DNA from: Podarcis liolepis | Lineage: Eukaryota | DNA length: 64,000 bases | Assembly (NCBI GenBank): GCA_965112155.1 | Contig: OZ218101.1 | Strand: one strand, 5' to 3' | Made by a program: the position numbers and the translations under genes | Shown: piece after piece, positions 11,242-24,900 of the stretch | Numbering within the stretch: position 1 is the stretch's first letter | Layout of the letters: every line of letters starts with the position of its first letter | The notes under the pieces: generated by a model | Databases searched by the model: none | The model's input: only the letters and a program-made list of their open reading frames with translations | Told to the model about the DNA's origin: nothing

Positions 11242-14200
11242 TAATTGGGATGGGGTAGGTTACCCATCATATCTATTTAAATTTAACTGGTTTAGTTCCA
11301 ACACAGGCCTTCCTTTTGTTGTGGCATTTTGTATTTAAAAGCTTCTACTTCCACTTAGAATTAAGTTTTCACACCTGTATTTTAAAAAATGTACTACCTT
11401 GCTGGATATATGGAATACAAGCAAGGCACCTCACTAAGGAAGATCTAGACGTGGTTTTCCATTAACTGCAAGCCTGAATTAAGCATAACAGCTGAATGGA
11501 AGGGTAATTAACTTTGAATTTTTAAGCAGTCTTATATAGACTTGTTTGACAAAGTCTAAGTCTCTGGTGAGCTGATTGCCATGGCTCTACTCACAACATA
11601 TATATTCAGGTTTATATAACACTATGATAGAATTAATGTCTTTAAAATGACTGCTTGCTTGATCTAATTATTTTGATTGCTCATTTCACATTAAATTATA
11701 ACGCTACCTAACTTTGCCTCCTACAGTATTCTGATGTGGCTTTAGAGACTTGACAAATACTATTATCAGTGCACAATTTAACACAATTTATGTGATTTTT
11801 ACTTTAGTGCCAGATATTTTTTTATCCATTGGTATTTAAATATCATGGATAGAAAGGGTAATTGGGAATGTCTGTGTCTTGGTCACTGAACTCCCTCGAC
11901 CTTCCTCGGATCATGAATAAATGAATTGTTCAAAGTTGCCAAAAGGCAGAAAAGTCATTGTACCTTGTCTAGAAAATCTGTGGCATTGAAGTCCAGGCAC
12001 CAGTGGTACTCCTTTCACCTACTTGTCTTAAAGTTGAAGTGGCTTGATGGAAGAGTAACTCACTTCAGCTTCTGACCAACCATGAACTAAGAGGGACAAC
12101 AGTTCTGAATCTACATTCTGCACAACATAGATGGCTACTGGTGGGGCTGGGTATTGTGTGGTCTTTCCTCCTCAACTAGTAATCATTCAGTACATACAGA
12201 CAATGTTATATTCTGTTCTTGCTACAAAAACCAAGAAAGCTGAAATGTTTCCTGCTATTAAGATTTTGTCTATAATTGTAACTCTAAAATTCAAAGAGAT
12301 CAATTCTATGGATTTGTTTAAGTTATTCTGATGTAATTTTCAGTTTTGAGCTGCACCTGCTGCAGAGAATAACTTTGCAAGACCAGGAGAGGGGGGAACA
12401 CTTCAGAATAGAGGCAAACTTTACAAGTTCATCCTTTGCTTAGATTGTTTCCTGCACTGCAGAAGTGTTTCTGAGCACAGTGATGGCTCCATGTACATCT
12501 GGAGGGTATCTACTGAAGGCAGGATGGCCCAGACCTTTCCAGAAAACATCCTACCTTCCTGTTCATAATACAGGCATAATACAGTTGGTTCCCAACACTC
12601 ACACCCAAGCGGCAGCAGCAAAGTCTCATCCTTTGCTATTTCTACAACCACCAATGCAGAGTTGTGTTCATCAGGATGTGTAGAGTAGGAGGCACGGAGG
12701 CCAACAGTATGTGGAGCCATAGCAAATGACTGGTGGAGACAGACACAATATTAGGCAGAACTAAATAATTCTGGTTTTGTTCCCATCCTCCTCAGTTCGA
12801 CAAACGGTAAGAAGGAGTAGGCTGACCATCAGTCACCTTCCCTCCAAATCACCAGAGTTTCTTGTCTATGCAGATTCTAGTTGTCTAGATTGACCCCCTC
12901 AGAAGATCCCTGCTTATAATTAAGGATATTGGCTTTTAGCCCCTTAGGCATTAATCCTATGCATATTAGGATATGAGTAGGCCCCACTGCACACAGGGAG
13001 ACGTAGGCCTGCTTTTGCATAAACATGCATAGCCTTGTGCTACACATGACCTATACTAATACAATGTGGTGTGGCAAACGTACAGGTCAACACCAATTCA
13101 AAAATGTTCCTAAGAACCTGCAATACATTTTCCAATCCTAAAAAACACACCCTAGATTAGCAACATTCATTCACAACTAGCAAGCAATAACACCCACAGC
13201 CTGTACAACTTGTGACCCACAACCAATGCAGCTGATCAGTCACTGTACCTGATATTGCTGCACTTCATAAATCAGAGGGGGTATCAATTTCCTGGCAGAC
13301 TGAAGGGTTATATTCACAGTGATGGGTCAAAGTAGCACAACCCAGGCCTAATGAAATTTAATCTGCCTTCTCTTCTGATCCAACACTTATGCCTGGCCAT
13401 GGAAAGAAACTGGTTTCATGATGGAGTACGAAAGGGAAAATTCTTGTTTTGACTGCTACATATGAATGGCCCATCACAAAATTACAGACCACATGGAAAA
13501 TAACATCCTCTTCCTTAATGCTACCTACTGAGAAAATAGGCAGAGACAAATGTGTCAGAATTACAGAGCCACAGATTCCAACTGTTGGCTCAAGCGGATG
13601 CCCCTTGAGATTTTTGTTCAGGTTGATAATGGAATATGGCATCAAGAGTAAAGGCGTGTTTTCCAAATTGGGCACATTCTGTTTTCAGTACTTTGCTTGA
13701 TTTGAAAATGAAAGGTATGGTTTGTCTGATCTTTGGGGTTGGTGTGGATCCTGTGTTAATGACAATAGTTTCACAGCTGGTGGGTTGTTGTTTTTCCCCA
13801 TAGAAGACAGACCCCAATTTTGGTTGTTGTTTGTTTGGAGCAGACATCTGCCAATGAAGAAAACAAGGATTGTGTCCGATGAACACTTTGAGGATTAAGT
13901 CAAAACTTAAAAATCAAAGTGTACCTCTGGGGTGCTAAAGCATTATCTGTTTTAAGATAAGGTCATAAAAGCAAGAAAAAATGCTGACAAATTCCATAAT
14001 CAGATTTGTACGTTGAAAATGACGTCCGGGCAGATTTCTAAAACCTAGGCACATGGCAGCCCATATTGGAAGTGTTAATTTATTTTTGGTGAATTTTCTA
14101 AAAATTAGCTTTAAAACATATTTTGGGGGGTGATTTTGTAGAAAAAGCTCAACAACATTTGTGTCCAGATTTTCACTTTATGAAATATGGCAACCCTAAG

Positions 14201-14547
14201 TACCTGTGGCTAATTTCACTGTGCATACTTCAAGGTTTCCAATCACCTTGGAGTTCAGAAGCCTATGATAGAAAAAGCAATAATTCTCATCCCTTTTAAT
14301 GAAAAAGGGAGAGAGAAAATGTGATCTAGAGTTACTAGACAACAGATGTGAGGGACAATTCATTAGACAGAATTGCAAAAACCATAGTAGTAATGAGCCG
14401 GCTTTTATAGACAGAGAGTTGCTTGCTTCAGACATTCTCTTAAAGCAGTGGCTAAATAGCAAGACCGGTAAACATTAGTTTCTTTGCTAGGAAGACCATG
14501 TCAAAAGTGAGGAGGTATATACACTCAGATTCCTGAGAGGTAACCCT

Positions 14548-14655
14548 GTAAACCCATTGCAGCAAAAGCAACAGAAAATATTGTGGCACCTTAAAGACTA
14601 ACTAATTTTATTATGGCATATACTTTTGCAGACTAGAATCCACATCATGGGTCAT
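14548..14655 (-). mobile_element. Penelope-like terminal fragment with decayed hammerhead core
   Basis: Minus strand: GTGGATTCTAGTCTGCAAAAGTATATGCCATAATAAAATTAGTTAGTCTTTAAGGTGCCACAA, same family as 7140-7502. Confidence 0.6.
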
Positions 14656-15518
14656 TAAATACAATTGTCTGTTTACAGATATATTATATATGCACCTAAT
14701 TGTAAAGAGGGAGTTGTAAGCAATCATATTATTTGGTTCTAGATACACACCCCGAATTTCTGATGTCAGAGTTGTCTCCATGTATTATTTTAGCATCCCT
14801 TTTTCTGAGCTTTCATTTCAGAATTAATTTTGGACATTCTTAGTTAAAACTGAAATTCAGTAGAAGTGGAATGATGGGCAGAGTAAACCACGGGGAAAAC
14901 AAATTAATGGATAAGGGAAATGCTCTCTTCCACACCAATAGGAGTTGGGATAAAGTCACAGAGAAAAAAGCAAAATCCCACAAAATGACCTTTCAAGGAA
15001 AACATGCAAAAATCTCACTTGCTAATTTATGAACTGCAGTACCAATGAAAATATCCATAGTTTGGTGCAGGCAGGATTTTTAAAGGGCGGGTAAATTAAT
15101 GGAAGGAAGGAAGGTGGTCCTGCAAATATCCATTCATCTAGTTAAAACATTTCTACCCCCCTTGTCTTTAAGGGATATTTCCCCTCACAAGATAGCTTAC
15201 AAAGAGATTTTAAAACTTATTAAACATCAAACTACAATAATGACATAAAATGCAGTATCAGATTACAACCATCAGGAGTTAAACATTTCCCCAGCATGGC
15301 AACGAATTAAGCACAGAGCAGAATAATATATAATAAGATATAATTCATTTTTTAATCAAAAAAATAACTAGGGGCCAGATTCAACTGAATAGTGGTGCTA
15401 GCAAGACCTAGCAGAATCAGTCCTGCTTTTGCAATGGATCTTTCCCACCTCTCCTCCACCAACCCAAATTGGCTTGGGAAGGGGTCAGGAACCCCAGAAC
15501 AGTGGGCAGGGGAACAAG

Positions 15519-15954
15519 AAGTGGTGGAGGAATGGGGGTGCGATGGGTGTGGGCTACCCCAGGTGTCAACACTGAGGAGGGTGACAAAATGACAAAAATA
15601 TGAGTTTAATTTAAAAAAAAATGGGTTTACAAAACTTTTTTGTTCAGTCAACAAATGCACTGGGCGCCACACCACGGGACCAGCACTCACCATAGGGCCT
15701 GCAGCATGCCAGAGCCACGCATCTCTCCTGGGAGTGACATGGTGGCTTGAGTGCCTGCAGGCTCGGTGCTGCCTGAAATGGCAGCGTGGAGCTTGCATGT
15801 GCCCACTGCCTCTCCCTCAGCTACCCTACAGCTGAGGGGGAGGCTGCAGAGAGGCTCCACACAGTGTGCCCCACCCCTATGGGCAGCTCGCCCCGCCCCT
15901 GGCTGCAGGACATGCGTGCCGCACCAGGCACCCGAGCGGCTAACTACGCCACTG
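15519..15954. mobile_element. Older hAT MITE (CAGTGGCGTAG-type TIR)
   Basis: Right TIR CTACGCCACTG, degenerate left TIR AAGTGGTGGAG, 8-bp flanks GGAACAAG/GGAATGAG. Confidence 0.65.
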
Positions 15955-16784
15955 GGAATGAGTAGGGAGATCTTTCCATCAGGCAAACAGAAATGCTTGT
16001 GCTGGTGGAGTGTCCTCATTAGTGCTACATTGAATGTCACCTAGGGTGGTATTCGGCTAAGCTTTACTCAGAATTGACCTGCTGAAATTAATGAGCCTAA
16101 CACAGCACATCCCCTGGGACTTGCATCCTCTAAAAGTATTCTGGAGGGGTTTTTTTTTTTGGGGGGGGGGCAGAATCCAGAATTAAGAGATACCTTAGGT
16201 GGGTGTGGAGGAATCTCATTATGTGAGTAGACCTTGGTCTCTGCTCACATACCCCACCTAGCACTTCATTGAGTCCCACCTTTAGCTATGTTCACTAAAT
16301 TTGGTGAGTCCACTCTGAATAAAAATTAGTTGAATACCACTGGAATAATTTAGTCTTTCAGCAAATTTGAGGATTTCTGTAACCTTTGTTTAGAAAAGGG
16401 AGCAAAGCCAAGCCAGTCCCTATAGTCCCAATGTTGAACAACAACCCCCTATGTCTACCCATTAAGGATGGATATTTGAAGAGAAACTCATATGTGTAAG
16501 CAATGTCATGACACTGAAGTCACCTCAACAGAGCCACAGAGCCTAAGGAGCCAGTGATACTAACAGAGGAGGCACTAGGCCCCAGCTCGACCACTGAGCC
16601 AGAGACACACCACAAACACTAAACCCCTGAATACTGCATCCCTTGCATTCTACGGAGCTGGTATGCCAATGCAGACAGTGTGCCCAGCATAAGCTCATTG
16701 GGGAATGAGAACTTTACACCTTCTTGATCCACACACATTACCCGGATTTATGTATTTTACTTGTATTCATGTAACCTGCTTGCT

Positions 16785-17205
16785 AGAGATAGGCAAATCT
16801 GTCCATTTTTGTTTCATCCAGTTTCTCATTTTTTCAGTTTTAAGTTCAGTTCTCTACATTTCTCCATCTATTTGCAGTTGCTGGTGTGTTTTTTTTTTTA
16901 AAAAGTCCTCATCAGCATTTTAGTGTGAGTTTCTTCTAATAGACACATTTTTGTATGCAGTTTTGCCTCTTATACACATTTTTGCAAACCAGGTTTTCCC
17001 AACACAATGCATTTTTGTATGTTACTTTTACTAATATATGCATTTTGCACACTACCACAGTAAATACATTGTTCACATTACTTGACTGGAGACCTGCATT
17101 GCAAAATCCAGAGAAGTGTGTGTTTCAGCTTCTACATTGTTTCAGAAAGTGTAAATTGTGTAGCATTGCCTTTAACTGAGGACTGAACAAAATTTATCCC
17201 CTTTC
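16785..17205 (+). repeat. Unclassified interspersed repeat; relatives at ~14080-14195, 23535-23670, 33250-33702 (-), 62655-62945
   Basis: Recurrent TTCAGTTCTC.ACATTTC...CAGCATTTTAGTG...TCTAATA.ACACATTTTTG.ATGCAGTTT pattern. Confidence 0.55.
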
Positions 17206-20200
17206 TCTTGTGATTGCACATGCATATGAGCAGCTGCTCATATAAAGCATCTCATCTTCAGACATCCTCAAAATAGTCACATCCATTCTTTACCTTTGAA
17301 GTGCATTTAACTCACATTTAAAGCACATGCTTCACCTTCCAATGGATCTATGGAACTGTATTTTATCTCTCAGAGAGCTACAATCACTAGCACATTTAAC
17401 GACTGTTCCTAAGATTCTTTTGGAGAAGTGGTATGCTTGAAATGTGGGTTACATGTGCTTGAAATGTATAGTGTAGATGTGACCTATGTAGCCTCACATG
17501 GTGTTTGATGATATCACTAAGGACAAATGAAGAACTCTCTTTATCGTATTGCTCTCAATGTGAATAGGTGAACACTTTCCCCTCCTTTTCTAACTCATTA
17601 GACATGGGAGGGGGTGCTTTTCACTACTGAATGTTTAATAGAAAGTGCTCCCCCTTTGCGTCAATCCTAGAAAGTGGCTCATTAATTTGCTTCCCAACAG
17701 GTATAAGTGATTTTGTAAGGGGGGAAATCAGTTATTCTGTGTTTCTGTACTGATTTCCACTAACACTTTAAAAAAAATAAAAAAATAGTTGTCTTGGAAA
17801 CAAGACTACCAAAAAGGCATAGAATAAAACTTTCTTACCTTTTGTTACCTGTAATACTTCATGTTGTGTCTTTTAGGAAATTCTGTTTTGCATAATGTGG
17901 CTATCATTTCCCTCATTTTCTCTACATTGGGTTTGGTAGGCTTGTGGGGGGGGATATCTGTGCAAAACACAGCTTAGGAAGATTACACTCAAAACAACAA
18001 ATAAAGCAGAGTTTGGTTGCTTGTTCTAAAGGACAAAGAAAGGGTGAACTACAATAACAGAAGGAGCAGACTTTGTCATTGCTCTACAGCTCAGTTTCAT
18101 TGCTCCATTACGGCAATTGAAGAAATGTAGCATTTATTTTAATTTAGTGGTGCACTGTGTTGAATCTGTTATCACCATGGGCAATGGCAATGGCATTTGT
18201 CAAGTTAACCTACGCAAAATCTTCTGTGGGGAAGAATAATTGTATTCCAATATGCTCATCTTCTGATCTCTTTCCCTTTTTTTGCTACAGAGTATCTGTA
18301 GTAAATTGACACAGACTGGTTCTCAGCCATTTTACCCAGTTGTTTTAATTTAGCTATATATTCAGGCTAGGAATGGTGGGCTTTCTTTTGCAGAAGTCAG
18401 CTGATACACCACACAGGATAGAGCCACCATTTTGTTGTCTCCAGGAAGTCCTGTTATGTGGTGATTCACTTTCGAATTTTGGAAACTCAAAATGTTGTGT
18501 GCCTTAATAATGTTCTGATCTAGAAAGGCAAACTCAAACTTTAAACTCTGAATATTGTAAATTCTACAAAGTGAATTCTACAAAGTTCACCTTCTGAGAA
18601 TTCACCAGACACTTACATTTCAAGGTAATATTTGAAATCTTATGAGCTGGAAATGCCTTTTTGAAGAAAGAAATTTGAAGTTATCAGTAATATTCCATCT
18701 CAACATCAAATGCAGCAACTTTTCTTTAACTCAGAATATACAGAGACCTGTAACAAATAACACCAGGAACTTTTAAAAGGTGATGTTTTTATACTTCACA
18801 AATTAGTCAATTGTTGAGGTCAGAGATCTCAAATCATGAAAGATAAAACACAGAATTTGGTAGAGGCAAGAATACTTTCCATAAAGCTGTGTGTAGACTT
18901 AGAATGAGTGATGGTTCTTAAAAACAACCACCACCCTAGTCAAACTTCAACATTTTTCCTAATAGTAGATTATGCTTTCTTGGAGGAGTATTGCTTATCT
19001 TACTTAGCAATTAAAATTAATGGGATCATTTAAATAGACTCATACTAATTATTATGCAACAAAAGCTCCAATCTACCTTCATGCTTCAAAGTGAAGAAAA
19101 ATACAACCGTGTGATGCAGTGAGATAGGAAACCCGTACATCATCCAGCATGCATGCCAGCTATGCTTCAGCTGCAGGTAAGCTTCCTTCATGGCAGGCCT
19201 ATCGCTTCAAAAGTATAAGCATTTTGCAGAATATTATCAAACCAAGTGTGGACCATGATTTGAAAATTGCAACTTTTTCTTAAGTTGAAAAATGTATTTT
19301 TTATATATAGTAATTGTCCCTGGGTGATAACTGGCAATAGCTATTCTCTGTCCCTAGACATGTTTCTTCTTTGTTTTAGGCATCAGAGTTAAAAGTTACA
19401 GCAATTTTGATATATTATGTAGGCTTTCACCCAGATTCATTGTCCTGTGGCAGTGAGGAAAGCCATAATGGAAAGCCATGAACTTGGAAGGATTTGGTGC
19501 TATCTATTTGAATTCTGCTCCTAATGCAAGGTCCTCCTATCCAGTTTACCCCAATTATCCTTCTCACTGCAGCCAACATACACCACATCCCTGTTAAGTA
19601 TAATTGTTTAACTGACACTGAAATAGGAATGCCTATATACTGGTAGCATTTGGGAGTTTCCAGCATACTGGGAGACCTCTAAGCCTGCAGCTGGGTTGAT
19701 AATTAACTGTTGATGTTCTCTGCTCTGTCACATACCTGACTTAGATCACATGAAAGAGATAGGATTGTACTCTATGCATGTGTTAATCTGTGGGTCTCCA
19801 TTTTGTGTGAGTTAAGTCTTTGTTCTCATGCTCTGTGGCAGAAGGATGTGTAAATGACCCTTACTCTAAGGAGCTCAACAGCCTTGGGCTGGAATGCAGG
19901 CTATTGGAGCCTGAAAATGAGGGGGGGGGAGCCTTGTTTGTCAGCTCTGATTATAAGTTATTTTATTTCTAAGAAGATGAACCTATGTCTTGGAAAGACA
20001 TGTGTTATGGAATTATTTAGCTATATCTTTGGGTTTTTCTTATGTTTTGAAGAAAGTTCTGCAAGTAAAGTTTTGAACAATACTTATGGGTCTGGACAAT
20101 GTTTTATTCCAAAAGGAGTAAGTTTTTATGCATCTAGTTGTTCCAAGCTATGCAATATTTATATCTGCAATAATCCCATGCAGAGGGTTAATGAATCCTG

Positions 20201-21806
20201 TGGAGCAACATTTCAGTGGACACAAGGGAGGAGAGGGGGCGAAAGTCCCAATGCATGGGCAGAGTTCAACTGGCATAACTTTGGATCCAAGACTATAGTT
20301 GATAACATTATTTAAGGAAAAGCCATATCAGGAAAAGTGTGTATTTTTAATCACCAAGTTTTCCTATCTCCAAAGAGAACTCCTTAAGGAAGTAACCCCC
20401 CCGCCCCCTTCTGCTGAAACGAGAAGAAAAATGCAGTCATTAAATTTACCATGTATTATCAAACAGTTTCTGTCAAGCTACCCTTTCTTAATGTTTTTTC
20501 ATTCTGTTCTTAAAGCGCAAGTATGAAGGTGGATATAATTAAGCAAGACAGAAACTCAGCACGTTTTAGCAATCTCATTTGAGATTAAAGAGAAGACGGC
20601 AAACACATATGAGCTTATTTGCTGCTGCTAATAAAAGAGAAGACCATCTAATCCCTAACTCTTCACAACCCTAGCACAAAGCTTTTGATTATAATCAGAC
20701 AATGTAACAGCAAGTAATAAAATGGGAGAAAGTAATAGGAAAACAAGAAATAAAAATTCTATTTTATCAGGAGATATTTGGCTGTCTTGATAGTGTAGAG
20801 TGCACACTGCCTGTGTTGTATCAATAAGATAAGGTCACTTTTGGAAACCACATTTGCCGCTATATCATATCATATAGATGTACGGTGAACCATTATCTGA
20901 TGACACTTTTTTTTAGAGGGGAAAAATGAAGAACTTATTCCTATTAGGAGTAACTCAATGCTTTACAACAGTAGCCCTGCAGAAAGCCAAGTAATTGCTA
21001 CCACTTCTCTTCATTGCTTTAACTGATTCTCTTGATATGAATCAAAACCCTTCACTGTTCCTTGCACTTCTTATGCTGGAAGAACTGAAGTCCCGCCTTC
21101 CCCCCTACCCAGAATAGATTCCTTTTCATCAATTGAACTCTTGTGTGTCTTAAAACCGTATGTGGTGTGCATCTTGGGACCCCTAGTCAAATAAATTGGC
21201 TGAAGGAGCAAAGGTACAAGTAGCTATTGCAATTGTTCCAAGACTTTCTGCCCTACATTGAAGGAAATCTCTAATGACTTCATCCTGTGCTTGAATTACA
21301 GAGACCCAAGAGGCATTCTGCTCTAAGAGGCTATGCCCTAAGCTACCATTTTTTATAGAAGATTCTGGGGTATAAGATGACTAAATTTCAGTGGGGGAAT
21401 CAAGGAATGGAACTTCGGGGGTTCATGAACATCACTCCCCTTTCCCCCACAATTCAAGCACTGCTCAGTTAATGTTAATTTTGATGGACTGACCTAGTTG
21501 TGTAGCAGTTTCTGTGGCTCCTGTGGTTTTCAAATTGCCTTCAGATCGCCATGTAACAGGTGCTCCCTCTCAAGCACTTTCCATTCATACGAGGGCAGTA
21601 CAATGAACTGTATATGAGCTGGTAATAGTGCCCTGGTTAACACAACAACGCAAGGACCTCTGATGTGTGTACATACAAAGAGGTTTTGCTTGGCGAGAAA
21701 AGGGGGTTGCAATAGCATTCCCCTGCCAGTGACCTGCATGCAGTTATTTGAATCCTCAGACAGAACCTAAACACATAAACTGTATGCAAAGCAGGGATCT
21801 TTTCCC

Positions 21807-21981
21807 ATAAGAAGCTGCTGGATCAGATCAATGACCCTTCTAGTCCAACATCCCGTTCTCCCAGTGGCCTACCAGATGTCTGTGGGAAGTCCAGAAACAT
21901 GACCAGACCCAAAAGCATTTTCCTCTCCAGCAGCTGGTATTCAGAAGCATACTGACTCCGACTATGGTGGCAGAGCATAGC
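21807..21981 (-). mobile_element. CR1 3' end fragment
   Basis: AAGAAG..TGCTGGATCAG..CAATG.CCC.TCTAGTCCA.CATCC.GTTCTC.CAGTGGCC...CTGGTATTCAGAAGCATACTG is the reverse complement of the squamate CR1 3'UTR pattern. Confidence 0.7.
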
Positions 21982-24900
21982 ACACTTTCAAAGGCATGCA
22001 TGTAGGTCAGCAGCTCTTGCAAGAAGAGCTCCTAGGCTGGGTTGGAAGAGCCAGAATTCAAGTGTCAATCAGAACTTTCAATTCCAGTGGCAGCTCACGA
22101 TATAATCACTTTTATCCAGATCATGGTAGGAAAAGAAAACTTACACTTCCCTTGAGCTGCTTCAGTTTTCCGTTTACTGCTATTTACCTTAAACAAGTGT
22201 GCATGTTAATTGCATTGATTGAATTAATGACATGTCTAGTTTGGCCTTTAAAGGCATATTGCATCTGCTGAAGCTTCCAATTAGCTACCATGGCTAAAAA
22301 GTCATTGATAAAGAGTCACAGAAAAGTCATTGATAGACTACATTCTTTTCTAAAAGCCACCTAAGTTGTTGATGTGGACTTCAGCACATCTTGTAGCAGC
22401 AAATTCCACACATACATTACTTTGTCCTGGGTGTATTGCAAATCAATTTAATTTGATGACTCTACACGTGACCTCAGGATGTTGTGTCAGGCCCCCTCAA
22501 TCATCTTTAGAAGATGTCACCTCTGGCTAGGGCAATGTGTGGATGAGTATCTCTTAAACATAGCATTATATGGAATTCTGCAAAAACACAAAAAACACTA
22601 TTTTCCGTGAAGCAGTGGGATTTAAACAGCTTAGAAAACAAATGACCTTTTTTTTTGGTCCTATTTAAAATTAGGAAAGTAATTATCTGTGGAGCATTAC
22701 AGCTCTTTCTGAGACCGCTTGCCAATATGCAAATATGGAAACTGATGGACAGAGATTGTTCTGTGCATATCAACTTTTGAACCTCTGACCTTTGATTTCC
22801 ATTCTTTCAGTTCTTTATAACAGGGACAATGGTTAGAAACCGTAATAATCAGTGCATGGAGTAAGGCAATCTCATCAAGGCATTTTATGAAGCGCAGGAT
22901 TATGTAACATCCAAGCATCATTAGATGCAGCTTGGAGTCATAGACATCAAAATGATCACTTGGAGAAAGAAAGCTTTAATTTAGTCCCACCAGATATAAA
23001 CATTAACTCTGTGGTTAAACAAAGAAGATGATCCAAAGTAAAAGACTAAGGAAATCTGTAGGTGAAATGACAACATGTGAAGGTGGCTATGGATTTTAAC
23101 ACAAGTGTTGTACAAATAATTAGATGGTTCTTGCTATGTTCTTAAAGTCTTGGACAAAAGAATCCCTGTTGTCATAGCTCTGAAATAGCGATGTGAAATT
23201 GGAAAGAAATGGTTAGGCCTTAGTATCACTCAATAATTGCACCCCCCACTCAAACATCTTCAAGCTTAAAACACAAAATCTTCCTGTTATGGATCATTAT
23301 GAGATAATCCCCCCCTTGCATTTCTCCTTGAAGAAGGCTTTCAAAAATAAAACAAAAGAGAATAAATTTTGCAATGTGGTCTATGTGAGGCTCTGTGAGA
23401 CAGTATGGAAATTGCAGCTTGTGCAGAACACAATATCCTGGGCTGTGAGCACTATTGCTGTTCAGAACCACAATAAACTCCACTCTTGTGTGAACTGCAG
23501 TGTATGTAGTCAAGATTAACACAGGTTCCAAGTTAGGGGAAATCTGACCATGTTAGTTTCTGTTTCTAATTTTTCCAATCTTAGATTCAGTTCTCCACCA
23601 TTTCCACATCAGTTTGTGATTTAAAAAAACTAATGAAAATTCAACAGCAAATTTCTCCCAATATATACAAGGGTCCCAAGTGATGTCTGTGGAGCACCAG
23701 TAGTTCATGAACTTTATTCAAGTGGTCCACTGGGGTGATTCTGCAAAGTGGCATAGCTGTGTGTGTGTTGTGTGAACAACAACAGGTGCAGCAACTGGTC
23801 TGTTTGAACTCAGCAGTCCACCTGAAAGGTGAGTGAGATGGTACATAAATGATGAGGAGAGAAGGCCCTGATATCACCAGAAGAATGAAGCCTGGGTTGG
23901 TAGTATGAGATGGGTGTTCTCAAACATCCGAATGAAAGTTTGAAGGGAAAAACAGATCCATGCCAAAATGTCATGCCAACCTTGCTTATCTTGTAATCCA
24001 TAAAATTGTGACCTACTTTCACTCACACTTGTATTTTGGTCTTATTCAACCTCATCTCTGGAGCCTAATGGCTGCCCCTCAAATGGGAGACAATCATCCA
24101 TTTAGACAAAGGAGTTGCAATAAATTGTGTGTAAATATCCAGAAAGAATTCTTTTTTCTCAAAATTGGTACCATTAACTTGGGGTGTTCATATTTGCTTG
24201 AGTGGTAAAAGTTTAAAGGCCAGGACAGAATGTTCCTTTGCCACAGAATGCAACACTAAGAGCTCATAACCCCATTTCTAATGCTAATCTTGTGTTCGTA
24301 GTTCAGAAGAATCACTGTGTCTTTGCAGTTCAGAGCAAATTGCAACTGCAAACTATTCTTTGGATTACATACTTTGCTTCTACAATTGGTAAGGTATCAT
24401 TTACATTTCCTATTATCTTAAAACTTCATGAACTCCATACTTTGAGGAGATGGGGAGCAACACCGCCACCCCATACTTGCATTGATCAGTCACCGACAAG
24501 AAATTTAGAACATTGATGAGTGCAGAATTGAACTTACTTTATCTTTGTAAGGTGGATATGGGTGTTTTTATTTGCATTAAACATTTATTGGGCATTCTGC
24601 AACCTCTCCACTGCTTCTGTTTTCTGAAAGCCTCCTGGGTGGAGTTACTTCATGACATATTCTCCTGAAGCACAGTTAAGATGAGGATGCAATTGCCTAC
24701 TGAATACATGAGATCAGGGCACTACCTTACTTTCTTTTTAAGGGAAATCCTTGCTTTTACCTTTAAAGAGAAATATTAGAAACTGTTGTTTTTTAAGAGT
24801 AAGAAGACCTCACTTTCTTAAACTGTCAAACAACTTCTAGGCAGTCAGTAGGCAGCCTCTCCACATTCTTGTGTTTACAAGAAAACCCAGCTGAGGACAC

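Noticed and set aside
13449-13700. GCPLRFLFRLIME resembling the RT QGCPLSP motif
   Set aside because: No flanking RT motifs (AFD, YADD) could be placed; may be chance
17830-17940. Minus-strand donor AAG|GTAAGA
   Set aside because: No convincing acceptor or reading frame upstream; isolated donors (also near 19177, 43731, 45904, 52713) are expected by chance
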